Program-made: the position numbers and the translations under genes
Source: the human T2T-CHM13v2.0 reference genome, Homo sapiens
Length of the DNA: 64,000 nucleotides
NCBI RefSeq assembly: GCF_009914755.1
Contig: NC_060928.1
Strand: one strand, 5' to 3'
Shown: piece after piece, positions 1 through 13,869 of the stretch
Numbering within the stretch: the stretch's first letter is position 1
How the letters are laid out: each line of letters starts with the position of its first letter
The notes under the pieces: generated by a model
What the model was told of the DNA's origin: nothing
What the model saw: the letters and a program-made list of their open reading frames with translations, nothing else
The model's database searches: none

Positions 1-724
1 TCAATGCAGTTGCCTATTAAGAGAATCCTACCTTGCAGAATGGGACCTTTGGTGTCAGGGTGTGAACAATAACTTTATTTCAACATAAATACATAGTAAG
101 CATTACTAAAATTTAAAAAATCCAAACCCTATCACTACCGGAACTTAAAATATATTAGAAGTGGATATAAGCAGAAATTCTATCTAGATACATAACACTA
201 TCATAGTATAACATTTGAATTAGAATTTAAAATTTTGCTTCTCTTTCTTACTGGTGTTCAGTTTAGCTCTTAATAATTTAGTGTTTGCCTAGTGCTCTAG
301 TTAATCTTCAGAAATAAACATGCACTGTAGGGGCTCACTCTTTCTGGTATGCTGAGGTAAAGTCTTTGTAAGAGAGGAAGCTTTTATAATACTACCTATC
401 ATCTTTGAATTCATTTCTGGTAGATTTTACACAAATGCATTAAGTTTAGTCCAAACAGACACTGAGAGTTCAGATTGCTGGTTCATGTTTCTGTCCTATG
501 TTAAGCCAAGGCAAATTATTTTTCACTTTTTAGTTACAATCCCATAATTTAAGAGTAGCAACACATAGATTAAGTTTCACAGTTAAATTTTAATTATTTT
601 CTAATATTTCTTTGTTTATACTTGATTAAAGCTAATTTTACAACATGCACTCTGACAGAAAAGACATCTGAGAAACAAAACAAGCAAATTTGTTTTCCAT
701 TTTGCACCTGCCCCCCACCAAAAA

Positions 725-1755
725 AAGTCTCAAGAACCAGAACTGGGTAAGAACAGTGATAAAGGGAATCAATCTATATATTCATGACTTTCTTTAAAAT
801 TCATTACAAACAAGTTCAAGCTGAATATTGGTAAAAGTTCTGAAAACTCCAAAATTACTGCTTGCCCTGAGGAAGAGCTCCTACATGGTAACTCTAAAGA
901 GGGATGAACAAAAAAGGAGTGCCCTCTAGTCTGATGAATCATGTCCCTGATTGTGAGGAGAAAAATGTATCTGGAGGGTCTAGCTCTGTGGCAGTCCAGG
1001 CAGCGCCTGAACAGAGGAAGCCCATGTCAAATATCTTTTTATTCCATTCACACTCCAGGTCCCTGAAATACACTTACCAGTCATCTTCTAAGCTTCATTT
1101 AAATTAAAATAAATCAGACTATAAAAATGATAACAAACCAGACACACAGCTTGTTTCTAACACAGATGATGGAAATTTTTGTTATGATATAGAAACTGAA
1201 AAAGTAAGGAACCCAGTAATTATGATTGAAATGAAAGATGATTAAGAGTTTGACATGCAAATGGAAAAATATATAAACCCAAATACCACTAATTGGAAAT
1301 TAGGCATTGGTCTCAGTCTAGAGATCCAGAAAGTCTTTTTGATTTGTGGTTTACCCACCCCAAAGAAATGAAGCATATGATTCAGATAGAAAGTCACAGT
1401 ATTTCTGCTGCTACAGATACTTATAAAAACAGAAAACCAACACAGTGCTTATTCCAGAAGCCGCTGTATGACAATCCCAGTGTTAATAACTACAAAACCA
1501 TGAATCTTGAATTATAAAATGCGGGTTATTCTTTGCCACATAGTGAGAGAACATCAAAAATATAGCTAGAAGACTTACAGCAAGATATTCCAAGGTCACT
1601 AACATAGCACATGTATACATATGTAACAAACCTGCACATTGTGCACATGTAACAGAACTTAAAGTATAATAATAGTAAAAAGAATGAGGTAGGCATGTTA
1701 CAAGTAGAGTTCCTGGCTTTGGAGAAAGAGAAAGTCCAACTTCAAAAAGACAGAG
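725..1755 (+). pseudogene. Decayed CCDC144/ANKRD26-type large exon relic inside an ANKRD20A intron
   Basis: Peptide remnants SSSKLHLN*NKSDYKNDNKP, RNPVIMIEMKDD*EFDMQM, NNYKTMNLEL and KNEVGMLQVEFLALEKEKVQLQK resemble the recalled CCDC144A large exon. It carries many stops, and the 5' boundary is uncertain. Confidence 0.65.
1597..1680 (+). mobile_element. About 85-bp 5'-truncated L1PA 3' end
   Basis: CACTAACATAGCACATGTATACATATGTAACAAACCTGCACATTGTGCACATGT...AGAACTTAAAGTATAATAA matches the L1PA terminal consensus. Confidence 0.85.
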
Positions 1756-3516
1756 GTTCACTTGCTGCTTCTTTTTTCTCTTTATCAATTATTTGATTTA
1801 GTCAAATTTTCTATTCAAGAAAATCTCATGTGTACAGTTACAGCGGGGTTTTCTAAATGTGTAATCATGTGTCAAAGTAGATTAGTCCTGCTATCTAAAC
1901 AACGGTTCTGGAGAATGTTCTCATAATGTTTCTTCATTAATCAACCTAAGTCTCACTCTCAGTCTTCCAAGTGGCATATGAGCTGGGAAACTAATTCAGC
2001 CATATACCATGTGACCTTCTGAACCAGATCAACATAAAGAAATTGCTAAAGAAATAAGCTTTACATTCTAGATTCTTTTTTTCTGTATTCATTTAGAGAT
2101 GAATTACATTTATTTAATGATAGAATGGGAATACAATGGGAGGGAAGCAATGACTGAGATGAGCCACAAAAACACGTCTAGCCTTGAGAGTTGCAATGAA
2201 TATTCCCAGCCAAATGAGTCTGTTTAATGTGTTTTCATGCACGCCAGTTTATCTGCTTAGCTCAAACTGTTTGAATTTATAGTTCCATCATGGTTATTTC
2301 CAATATTTTGAAAACAAATATATACTTCCACATATTTTAAAAAATCACCACTCCAATATTTCTGTTGAATCAGACCTTACATTATGTTGTTTAATAAAGT
2401 ATGGTAAGTTTTGGCATGTATGATTTTTATCATGTAAGAAAGAAGCATAATTTCTTAGCTAAAAATTTAGCCTTTGACTCTTTAGTAGAAAGTTGAGTTC
2501 TGTACATTGTGTTCTAAAGATAGACAAAAATCTAGAGATTTTCTTCTTTCAAAGTAAAAGCAGATGAGGCCTTTTTCCACGCCTTTTTCCACCCTCTGAG
2601 GTGTTAAATTGCTTTGCTCAAGTTAGACTTTTAATATATCTGACTAATTTGATAAATTTATCTGGTAATTTATGTAATTGAGCAATATGGAATTGTATCA
2701 TGTTATTTGGTGCCATGAAATGCTAGGGAATGCCACCTCAAGAGCTCTGGATGAAACATTTCATATGTCTTGGTTGGTTTGACTCCCATTTTCAGTAGAT
2801 AATGGGGCTAAAGTAGTTAGCTGTACCATATGTTTTCCACCTATAAACGTTTGTGGTAATTGAATGTGAAATCTGGGAAGCATCTCGTTTTCCAGAATTC
2901 TGCATTAGAAACTCAGCAGTTTCACTCTGCTTCTTGTGTTGTGGCAAACATTGGTTCCCATAGTTCAGGGAGAACTTTCACTTTTTTGATATCCCAGGAT
3001 CCAAAAAAAAAAAAAAAAAAAGAGATAAAAGGCAGTGGGGAAAAGAATAGCTCAGTGCAGAAAAGGGAAAACTTCTTTACTCTTCCTGAAGGCCTACAAG
3101 GTCACATCCTCTTAATCTGGCTATTTCATGTAAAATCCAGGTGGCAATGACAGAAGATATATGTTATGCCTGTGTCTTTTTATTTCTCTGTTTCTGCCAG
3201 TCAGATAGCATAAACATTTATATCAGATAGCAAAGAGTGGATGCGAATAAAAGCACAAAATGGAGAAGAGTCCTTTTTGAAATTTTGGAAAATTATTCCA
3301 TTCACTCAAACAGAAATGAGCAGACTTGACAAAAATTTCAATGATAAAATGATAAGTGTCTTATAATTATTATGTATAATGATAAAATTAAAGTAAGCAC
3401 AAAATACTTTTATCATTAAAATGGTGATAGTTAACCTGAATCAAGTGAAAAAATCAGGGAAAAAGTTTTTTTATTGAATAAAATAATAATTATTATTCAT
3501 ATTACTTTTATTAAAG

Positions 3517-3680
3517 GTCAAAGAAGGAAATAATACAAACAAAAGTGAAAAAATACAACTATCAGAAAATGTATGTCATAGTACATCTTCTGCTGCTGCT
3601 GACAGATTAACCAAACAAAGAAAGGTTGGGAAAACGTATCCTCAGCAATTTCCCAAGAAACTGAAGGAAGAGCATGATAG
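3517..3680 (+). pseudogene. ANKRD20A: ANKRD20A exon (VKEGNN...KEEHDR)
   Basis: Acceptor ttaaag|GTC and donor AG|gtaagt; open 164-bp frame. Confidence 0.9.
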
Positions 3681-3704
3681 GTAAGTAAGCCTATAGCAGT
3701 GTGT

Positions 3705-4062
<358 letters not shown>

Positions 4063-5066
4063 TAAACTAATTCAAAATTGGACTAATGTTCCTTATGATT
4101 AACAAGTTTTATAGTTTTACCAGGGATATTTAGCCCTGTCTGGTAATCAGAAAAATACAAATTAACATAAAATAAGATATATTTTGTAAAGTCATGCTGA
4201 TATTGAAAAAGTAATTACTACCATTGAAAATGTGAGGAAAAAGGCATTCTCATACACTGTTGGTATATGAAATTGGTAAATTATTTCTGAATGGTAACTT
4301 AGTGCTGTGTATCAAAATTTCAAATAACCTGACATCCCTTTAACTCAACAACTCCACTTCTGGGACTAGATTTCACAGGAAAACATAACTTGTGTAAACA
4401 TACACACACTTATTAAGGGCATTAATTATATATTACACATAATGAACAATAGCTTAATAAATATATAAAATATATGTAATAAGAAGGTGAATTGGAAGTA
4501 TTAAGAAAGAATTATAAAAAGTGTGGGGTAACAGATGTTATACTCTTTAGCCTAGTTTTAGATGACAATCATCTGCAGATATAGTTTGTGTGAGACACAT
4601 CTTACTCTGTAAATCATTTGGAGAGACACCTACAATATTTCATAGAGATGAAAATTTATTTCTAGTGAACTTATACGCTTGTCAATAAATAGTAACTTTA
4701 AAAATTCAGTTGATTGTAAATGACCTTTTCTAATCGGGGAGTAATTATGACTGTGTGATTTGAAAAGGTAATTTTGAACTTCTAACTATACTGAATTATT
4801 TCCAGTATCCTTTTTTATAATACATACTAGAGTGACTAGTAACAAAAACTTTAGCAGAATATTCTTTCCTTACTACTTTTCAAGTATATACATTCGTTTG
4901 AAGATGTTGAAGTGAGAAATTAAATATCTGAGAACTACAAAGGAAAAATAATCCAGAACATAGAAATTTTATTAGGATGATAAAGAGCATCTGCAGAGGT
5001 AGATCACAGGATGATCTCTTTGTTTTTTAACAAAATGAATTTTAAGATAAATGTCTTTATCTGCAG

Positions 5067-5246
5067 ATGCATCTTAAGACAAGAAAGTGAAGAAAAAACA
5101 AATGTTAATATGCTGTACAAAAAAATAGAGAAGAATTAGAAAGGAAAGAGAAACAATATAAGAAAGAAGTTGAAGCAAAACAACTTGAACCAACTGTTCA
5201 ATCACTAGAGATGAAACTGAAGACTACAAGAAATACTCCAAATCAG
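5067..5246 (+). pseudogene. ANKRD20A: ANKRD20A exon (CILRQESEEKTNVNMLY...RNTPNQ), frameshifted, donor lost
   Basis: Acceptor ctgcag|A. An A7 run at 5119-5125 (A8 is needed for YKKNREE) gives TAG at 5137-5139. The expected donor reads CAG|ataaat. Confidence 0.85.
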
Positions 5247-6182
5247 ATAAATCAATCTTTGTTAAAAATTCTATATTTTAAACTTTATTTTATCAATGTT
5301 ACTTATAATATCCTCTTGATTTAATATATAATATTTTGGTATAAAACAAACCAGAAATGTTATCTCATTTTCAAAAAATGAATGATGACACTTACAGGTA
5401 CAATTATTAATATTTATTATAAATCTTGGCATCCACATAGGATATTATTTTATTACAAAGAGCTTTTGAAAACAATAATATGCCATAATATATACTTAGT
5501 GATAACCTATTGATAAAGATTTTTTTCCCAGTAAAATTGTTCCTTGTACTTCCCGCTATTTCATATTGATTACTGTACCTAATACTATAAAGAGGAAACA
5601 AATTATTGCAATCACAAATAATCTCATGATATTCTAAGAAGAGCTCTATAAATTTTATCTTATTTACCATTGGTGTTTTGAAATAAAAGTTTTCTTTCGT
5701 ATTGATACATTTACACCACAGAAGTAACTGTGATCTGTCAGAGAACTAGAAGTAGAGTCAGAAGTCCTGGGGAAAATCCTGTATCTTGCTTATATTTTTA
5801 ACATTTCTTTTTCAAAATTCTGGTAACTAGATGAGTTCATCAATGAATGTATATAGGAGTGACTAGTATAATGTCTAGATTTATGATTTAGTAAATGTAA
5901 TTCTTACAACTGACTATAAAAGTGTTAAAAGAGTCAAATTGAAATAGAATGTTATCAGTGAAATAGAACTGTAGTAACTCTGGGAAATTTTATCTGTCCA
6001 AATACATGTGAAGTAAAGTTCTTACTATAGGGTGGTGTAAGGGTTAGATATCAAAGTGTAAATGCAATTTTTTGATATATTTTAATTTAGTCAAATTTGT
6101 TAATGCTTTAATTTATGCTTTTGAGTTTGTTGTAATTCAGGGAAATGCTTTTCTAATTCTGAAATTCTTAAAAATTCTCTGG

Positions 6183-6205
6183 TGTGCGTGTGTGTGTGTG
6201 TGTGT
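6183..6205. repeat. (TG)n microsatellite
   Basis: Seen directly. Confidence 0.9.
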
Positions 6206-6425
6206 TTACTTTTATAAATTCATTGACTTTAAATAAATTTCTGAACTTTTTGGAACTTATGCTCTATAAGGTTCAAAGTTTTGCTTCAACTTTTTCTCCA
6301 GTTGGATATCCACTTACAGTAACCTTTTTAGTATATGGATGTGCAGGTTACTCTTTAACTTCGGAGGTAATCATGATATGTTATTTTATTGCATACTAGC
6401 TAAAACTTTCTTTTGTTTTATTTAG

Positions 6426-7397
6426 GATTTTCATAATCAGGAAGAAATGAAAGATCTGATGGATGAAAATTGCATTTTGAAGACAGATATTGCTATACTC
6501 AGACAGGAAATATGCACAATGAAAAATGACAATGTGGAAAAAGAAAATAAATATCTTAAGGACGTTAAAATTGTTAAAAAAACAAATGCTGCCCTTGAAA
6601 AGTATATAAAACTCAATGAGGAATTGATAACAAAAACAGCATTCCGGTATCAACAAGAGCTTAATGATCTCAAAGCTGAGAATACAAGGCTCAATTCCGA
6701 ACTGTTGAAGGAAGAAGAAAGCAACAAAAGACTGGAAGCTGAAATTGAATCATCAGTCTAGACTGACTGCTGCTATAAGTAAACACAGTGAAAGTGTGAA
6801 AACAGAAAGAAACCTAAAACTTGCATTAGAGTGAACACAAGACGTTTCCGTACAAGTAAAAATGAGTTCTGATATTTCCGAAGTAGAAGATAAGAATGAG
6901 TTTCTTACTGAACAACTTTCTAAAATGCAAATTAAACTCAATACCTTAAAAGATAAGTTCCGTAAGAAAAGAGATACTCTCAGAAAAAAGTCATCGGCTT
7001 TAGAAACTCTCCAAACGACCTAAGCCAAACACAGCAGCAAATAAAGGAAATGAAAGAGATGTATGAAAATGCAGAAGATAAAGTGAATAATTCCACTGGA
7101 AAGTGGAGCTGTGTAGAAGAGAGGATATGTCATCTCCAACATGAAAATCCGTGCATTGAACAGCAACTAGATGATGTTCATCAGAAAGAGGATCATAAAG
7201 AGATAGTAACTAATATCCAAAGAGGCTTTATTGAGAGTGGAAAGAAAGACCTCATGCTAGAAGAGAAAAATAAGAAGCTAATGAATGAATGTGATCATTT
7301 AAAAGAAAGTCTCTTTCAATATGAGAGAGAGAAAGCAGAAAGAGTAGTAAGTATCAAGGAAGATAAATATTTTCAAACTTTTAGAAATAAAATTTAA
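6426..7397 (+). pseudogene. ANKRD20A: ANKRD20A large coiled-coil exon, disrupted
   Basis: Acceptor tttag|GAT. There is a 2-bp deletion near 6753, a TGA at 6832-6834 and a 1-bp deletion near 7015. It has an internal donor GTA|gtaagt at 7346/7347 and a read-through stop at 7395-7397. Confidence 0.9.
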
Positions 7398-7459
7398 ACA
7401 TTTGGTTCTGGATACATGTTGAACTTAGTTGAATATAAAAATCAATGGATAAAAAGTGT

Positions 7460-7745
7460 GTTTACCATACTGTATAATTCCATTTACATGAAGCATCCAG
7501 AAAAGATAAACGTATAGGGACAAAAAGTAGACTAATGTTTGCAAAGGGCTGGGGCTGAAAGCTGGTAGTGACTGCTAATGGGAGTGAGGGATCTTGCAGT
7601 GATGGAAATGCTGTAAAGTTGGATTGTAGAGATGGCTGCACAACTCAGTAAATGGACTAAAAAATCTTTTAACTTTAAGTTAAAACAGATACATTCTATA
7701 GTATGTAAATTATATTTGAACAAAGCTGTTTTAATAAAAAAAAGG
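7460..7745 (+). mobile_element. Old L1M 3' end fragment
   Basis: TACTGTATAATTCCATTTACATGAA...GTGACTGCTAATGGG...GTATGTAAATTATATTTGAACAAAGCTG plus an A-tail, typical of L1MB/ME 3' ends. Confidence 0.7.
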
Positions 7746-8499
7746 AAAACCGTGTTTACTATACCAGCTTAGAAACGTGCCTCATTTCTAGGAAATAAAA
7801 GGTAGAGGTGAGAGATGATTTACTTTGAGAAAAGACATTGTGTCACCTATGAAATTTTATTAGGGACAGAGTCATATTTTAAGGTAGATAGTTCTGTGCT
7901 GCTGAAATAATAATTTTAATGACTTTATGTTGCCACATGTTAAGACCATAATGTAAGTATAAATGGAAATGTTTACACCTGAAATGAGTATTTTCAAATT
8001 AAAATTTAATTGATTTTCTTTAACACTTAATTCTAGATTTCCCAGATGAACTGAAGTGTATTGCTGTGTCTTGTGATACCTTGCTTTAAGTAGCTTTTTA
8101 TGTATTTTAGTTGGTATATCTTTGTTATTAATCATATTAATTTAACAAATCTGAAAATATGTCAAATTACATATTTTTATGACTATGTAATGTTTCAAAG
8201 GCACCTACTTGTTATAAAATCATAATTTAGGATACATGTGGTAATATTTAGCAAAACTATATTTGGTTTAGTCTTCCCACTGGTATTTATAGTTTACTTT
8301 GAATATTTATATTAATAATTAGCTCCTAATTTTTATTTCAAGGCTCAATGACTATCATTGGAATATAATTTTGTTCAGTACAAAGATACTTGTAGCTGCC
8401 TGTGATTTATGAGTAAGGCATTAGATCCCTATTTTCAGACTGAGGGGTGGCAGGCTTCACGTACAGTGGGAATGGAGTAATTACAGGAGGGAGTTGAAG

Positions 8500-8625
8500 G
8501 AGCTTTGAAGTCAGAGAGAGAGGTAGAGACCTGTTTACCTAGGACCTCAAAGGCCATGGGAATTTTACCTTTATTCTGAGATAGGAATCTGTTGGAAGGA
8601 TTTGAACAGGTGATTGAATATGTCA
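8500..8625 (-). mobile_element. L2 fragment
   Basis: GGCCATGGGAATTTTACCTTTATTCTGAG...TTGGAAGGATTTGAACAGG resembles the reverse L2 3' consensus. Confidence 0.5.
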
Positions 8626-8844
8626 GGAACTTTGAGGTTGAGTTGAGCTTCTAAGATGATTGAATGGTGGGATGAATCTGTTATGTAGGTAAGAGAAAAC
8701 CAACTTGGCAGGAAGAGAACATATTGTGCATCCCTCACTGAATTCAGTAATAAATAAAAATGTGTACATGTGATTAAAAGAAGGTGAATTGATATGTGTG
8801 GTGATAATTTTCAAAGTAGGTATGTTAGAGTTAAATATTATTAA

Positions 8845-9084
<240 letters not shown>

Positions 9085-9689
9085 TAGCTAGTTGAATTAC
9101 ATAACATGTTTTAGGATACTAATTATGGCAGAAGCTTGATTTTTTATTTTCATTACAATGAATTATTTCCATTTTACTATCTCTATAATGTACTTATTTT
9201 TTTATATAGTGACTTTCATTCTACCATTTTGAAAAACCATTGCATATCTTTTCTCTTACAATATGTACCCTTGGAAAAGTTGAGAATTATACATCATTCC
9301 TCATAGAAAACTGACTTTTGTCCTGTTAAAACAGTATTTTTAAGTAATTTTTGTATTGCTCTGATGAGGCGGGCCAGATTAAATCAGAGAAGAATGTTTC
9401 ATGGAATGTTCCAGAAAATTGTCTTATTTCTTCACTTTTGTGAGTGGACACAGAATCTGTGTCTATTTATTTCACAGATTCTAGGTTAACTTGTACAGAA
9501 AGGCCATTATACTATTCTTTTAAAAGTGCATGTTTTAGGTTAATTTACAAACTATTTGAAAAGTTAGGCATTTTCTTTATCTTTTATTTAAAATATACTA
9601 TAAAACTGTGGAAATAATTAAATTTGAGATAACATGTACATCAAAAATTGAGAGTTGAGAAAATTATCTTGATCCTGCCTTTGGATTTT

Positions 9690-10195
9690 AAAAACAGTTT
9701 CACTGAGATATCATTCACATTTGAGAGAGTTCAACCATTTAAAATGTACAACTGAGTATCTATTAGTATATTCACAGCATTTTCATCACCCTGAAAAGCA
9801 ACCCCACATCTCCTAGGCATGACTGCAGCCTTCCTCCATGTCCCTCCACCTACCTCTGTTGTAGGCAACCACCATCTATCTACTTTTGTCTCCATATGTT
9901 TGCCTGTTCTGCTTATTTCATATACATAGAGTTATACAATACATAGTCCTCTGTGACTGGCTTTTTCACTTAGCATAATGTTTTCAGAATTCACTTAGCA
10001 TAATGTTTTAGCACACATTGGTAGTTTATTTCTTCTTATAGTTAAATGATGTTCTATTCCATGGCTATACTGGTTTTCCATTCATTCATCAGTTGATGGA
10101 CCTTTAAGTTAGTTTCCACTTTTTAGCTCTTATGAAAAATGCTGCTGTGAACATTCACTTACAGGTTATTATGTGGACATGGGTTTTTATTTCTC
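9690..10195 (-). mobile_element. L1MB-like 3' end
   Basis: TTCACTGAGATATCATTCACAT...TGTGACTGGCTTTTTCACTTAGCATAATGTTTTC...TGCTGCTGTGAACATTC. Confidence 0.8.
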
Positions 10196-11284
10196 TGCCA
10201 TTGGACCTTATCCTCAGAGTTAATTGGGCAGATTTCAGCACTTATCTTGCTCATGCTATTCTTTCTACCTTCTCAGTTTCTGTTCATCTAGCCTCATTCA
10301 CTCAGACGTGGCAGACAATTTATTGTTTTCATGAAGCTTTCTCTGACTGTTCTCTCATTGACCTTATGTGTTAGCAATCATTGTCTAGTCTGTGCAGAAA
10401 AACTTAGTTCTTAATTTTACATGGCTTTTTTATGGAAGATAATTTTCTCTCATTATAAATTTGCTTAATGGGGGAATAATATATAATATGTATGCCACCT
10501 ATCCTTGCATACATTGAAAATATTTTAGCTTAGAAGTTTGTAGCATACAATTCAATACTTTATACCATACCAATTATTTCTTCTTTGAGACCTTGACACA
10601 GTAAGGTTTATATTCTAAGTGTGTTTTTAGCAATTAAATATTAAATCTAAACCAATTAGTCTAATACAGGAGACTTGTTAAATCACATGTTTATGTTTTT
10701 CTCTCTATGAAAAAGAATCTAAATTGGCCTTTTTTCACTATGCAGCAGAACTGTATTTCTGGACTGCTCCCAGTTTGTCAGCTGAACAGTTCTGGGTGCA
10801 GCTTGTCCGATGACGGATAGCACAGCCCCTCAATCTGAGTGCTCAGCAGAGTGCTTGTGAAGGCAGCACCACAGCAACAGTTGCTCAGAGGGAACGGATT
10901 CAGGAGCCTTGATTTAGCAATAGAGTCCAGGGTTTTCAGCTCAGTGTCTTTAGCCTGTCTCTGCTGGTCATGTCAGTTATGTACTATTCAATCCAGGAGG
11001 TGCTGTTTACATTGTAGTACATACATAGTCATTGCCTAATGAGTCATACAGAGAGAAAAGTAAGTTATAAATTATGTCCCCCATTTGCTGCAACTCTCAG
11101 TGGTAAGAATGATTCAGTGCAGCTATAGGAGAGTACTTCCATTGGCATGCCACCTGCCTAAAATACACAATTTTGTTAAGATATACAATAAAATTATTAT
11201 GCTAATAGCAAATATTTTATGTAGCTCACTGTGTTCCACGTAGTCTTCTAAGTGTTTCATGTTAGTCCCCAGTTAAACACCTGG

Positions 11285-11562
11285 TTTTGGAAGGCTGAAG
11301 CAGGAGGATCGTTTGAGCCCATGAGTTTGAGACCAGCCAGAGCAATATAGTGAGACCCTGTCTCAAAAAAAAAAAAAAAAAAAAAAAAAAAATTAAACAC
11401 TTATCTGAGGCATGGTGGTGCACGCCTGTAGTCCCAGCTACATTGGGAGGCTGTGGTAGGAGGGTCGTTTGAGCTTGGAATATTGAGGCTGTAGTGAACA
11501 GTGATCAAGCCACTGCACTCCAGGCTGGGTAACAGAGGGAGACTCTGTCTCATAAATAAAAA
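11285..11562 (+). mobile_element. AluJ, 5'-truncated, with an expanded central A run
   Basis: GGAGGATCGTTTGAGCCC (J-type). About 28 A between the arms at 11365-11392. Confidence 0.85.
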
Positions 11563-11946
11563 GTTTTGTATAGATTCCCATAGAAGTGAGTTAGACATCA
11601 GTCATAGAATTATTAGCCACTTTGATGTCTACCTTGGGAGTAAAACATATAATGGGCAGCGTTAAACCATCTCAATCAATAGCCTCCAACTTCTCGAGAA
11701 GGTTCTTATTTCATGAATTTCTAAACAAGCGATTACCTGGATTAAGACATTTGGTGGACACCATTTTGAGATGAAGAATCTTGAGTGAGAAGAAGGGAGA
11801 TCTCTACTTACTGAAGCTTCCCAATGACATAGTTAAGTGTCCCCCAAAAGAAACTTTAGAACAAGACTTTCATCATGCCATATCTCTACGGAAAAGGAAT
11901 TTCTTTAAAAGAAAACAAAGGCAAACAATTGATAATATGATTCTCA

Positions 11947-12477
<531 letters not shown>

Positions 12478-12640
12478 TTAGCAATGTATGAGCATGTGGT
12501 TGAGAATATTTTCTATAATATGTGTACTAGAAGGAAGAGACCTCAAGAAAATGGTCAGAGCTGGAAATGTAGATTAGGGAATCTAGGTCAAAGTTTTGAG
12601 ATTTTAGGAGTCCTGAGAGAATTTAAAAAGAGAAATAGCC

Positions 12641-12735
12641 ACCAGGCATGGTGGCCACACCTGTAATCCCAGCACTTTGGGAGGCCAAGGCAGGAAGATC
12701 ATGAGGTCAGGAGTTCAAGACCAGTCTGGCCAACA
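12641..12735 (+). mobile_element. Alu left-arm fragment, 3'-truncated
   Basis: Ends abruptly at CTGGCCAACA. Confidence 0.85.
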
Positions 12736-13190
12736 AGTTTCTTATATAGGTAAACGTGTTCCATGATGGTTTGCTGCACCTATCAATCCATCACCTAGAT
12801 ATTAAGCCCTGTGGGCATTAGTTATTGATCTTGATGCTCTCCCTCCTGACCCCAACAGGCCCCAGTGTTTGTTGTTCCCCTCCCCGAGTCCATGTGTTCT
12901 TATCGTTCAGCTCCCACTTATAGGTGAGAAGATGCAGTGTTTGGTTTTTTCTTCCTGCATTAGTTTGCTGAAGATATCAGCTTCGGGTTCATCCATATCC
13001 CTGCAAAGAGCATGATCTCATTCATTTTTATGGCTCCATAGTATTCCATGGTGTATATATACCACATTTTCTTTATCCCATTATCACTGATAATGTCCAT
13101 CTGGGTTGATTACATGTCTTTACTATTGTGAATAGTGCTGCAGTGAACATGCAAATGCATGTATCTTTATAGAATAATTTATATTCCAAA
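12736..13190 (-). mobile_element. L1PA 3' region lacking its poly(A) end
   Basis: ATAGGTAAACGTGTTCCATGATGGTTTGCTGCACC...GCTCCCACTTATAGGTGAGAA...GAATAGTGCTGCAGTGAACAT. Confidence 0.85.
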
Positions 13191-13869
13191 GTATGGTAAT
13201 TTTAAATCAGTTTTGGTATTAAAAATCATGCATTTTGGAAAATATTGATAATGGAAAAATCCAAATTCTGCCAAAATATGTTGAGAAAATAGAGGGTAAA
13301 TATATCTTTTCAAACTTTAAATGCCTCAGGCTCTTAGTTAATCTTCCCCAGATCTGGGAAGACCTAGAAGGGGAGAGATTGGGCTACCTTAATGAGGGCC
13401 ATTTCAATCTCTTGGCCCTGCAGCAGCCATTTCAAAATACGTCAAAAAATATATTTGGGGGTAAAATATTTTGATTTCCTTCAGCTTCTTCTCTCTGTGA
13501 TGCTGCACCAGAATCAGATTAGAAAGGAAGCCACATTATAAGTGTTAATAAAACCCATCTGATGAGATTTGATAGTTTGAAGGGTGTGTTTCCCAGACCT
13601 TTAGATAGAAATTGGGGCCAAGGAAAACAAGGTGTTATTCCTCTATATAAATCTGTCAGTGCTTTAAGCAGTGAAAGAAAGATTTTTCATTGAATTTTAC
13701 AGACTTGATACTAATGAAAAGGATAGCTTGTAAAATATAAATCTCTTTTTCTATAAAAAGGACATGTTGTTGATTCTCTTAGACCTTGAACCCTGGCCAG
13801 TGATTTGAAACCAAGCAGTACCTATCTGCAGATCTCTAGTACCAAATTAATTTGGGGTGGGGGGTAACA

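Noticed and set aside
6447-7397. Functional ANKRD20A CDS
   Set aside because: An upstream frameshift, a lost donor and three lesions within this exon rule it out.
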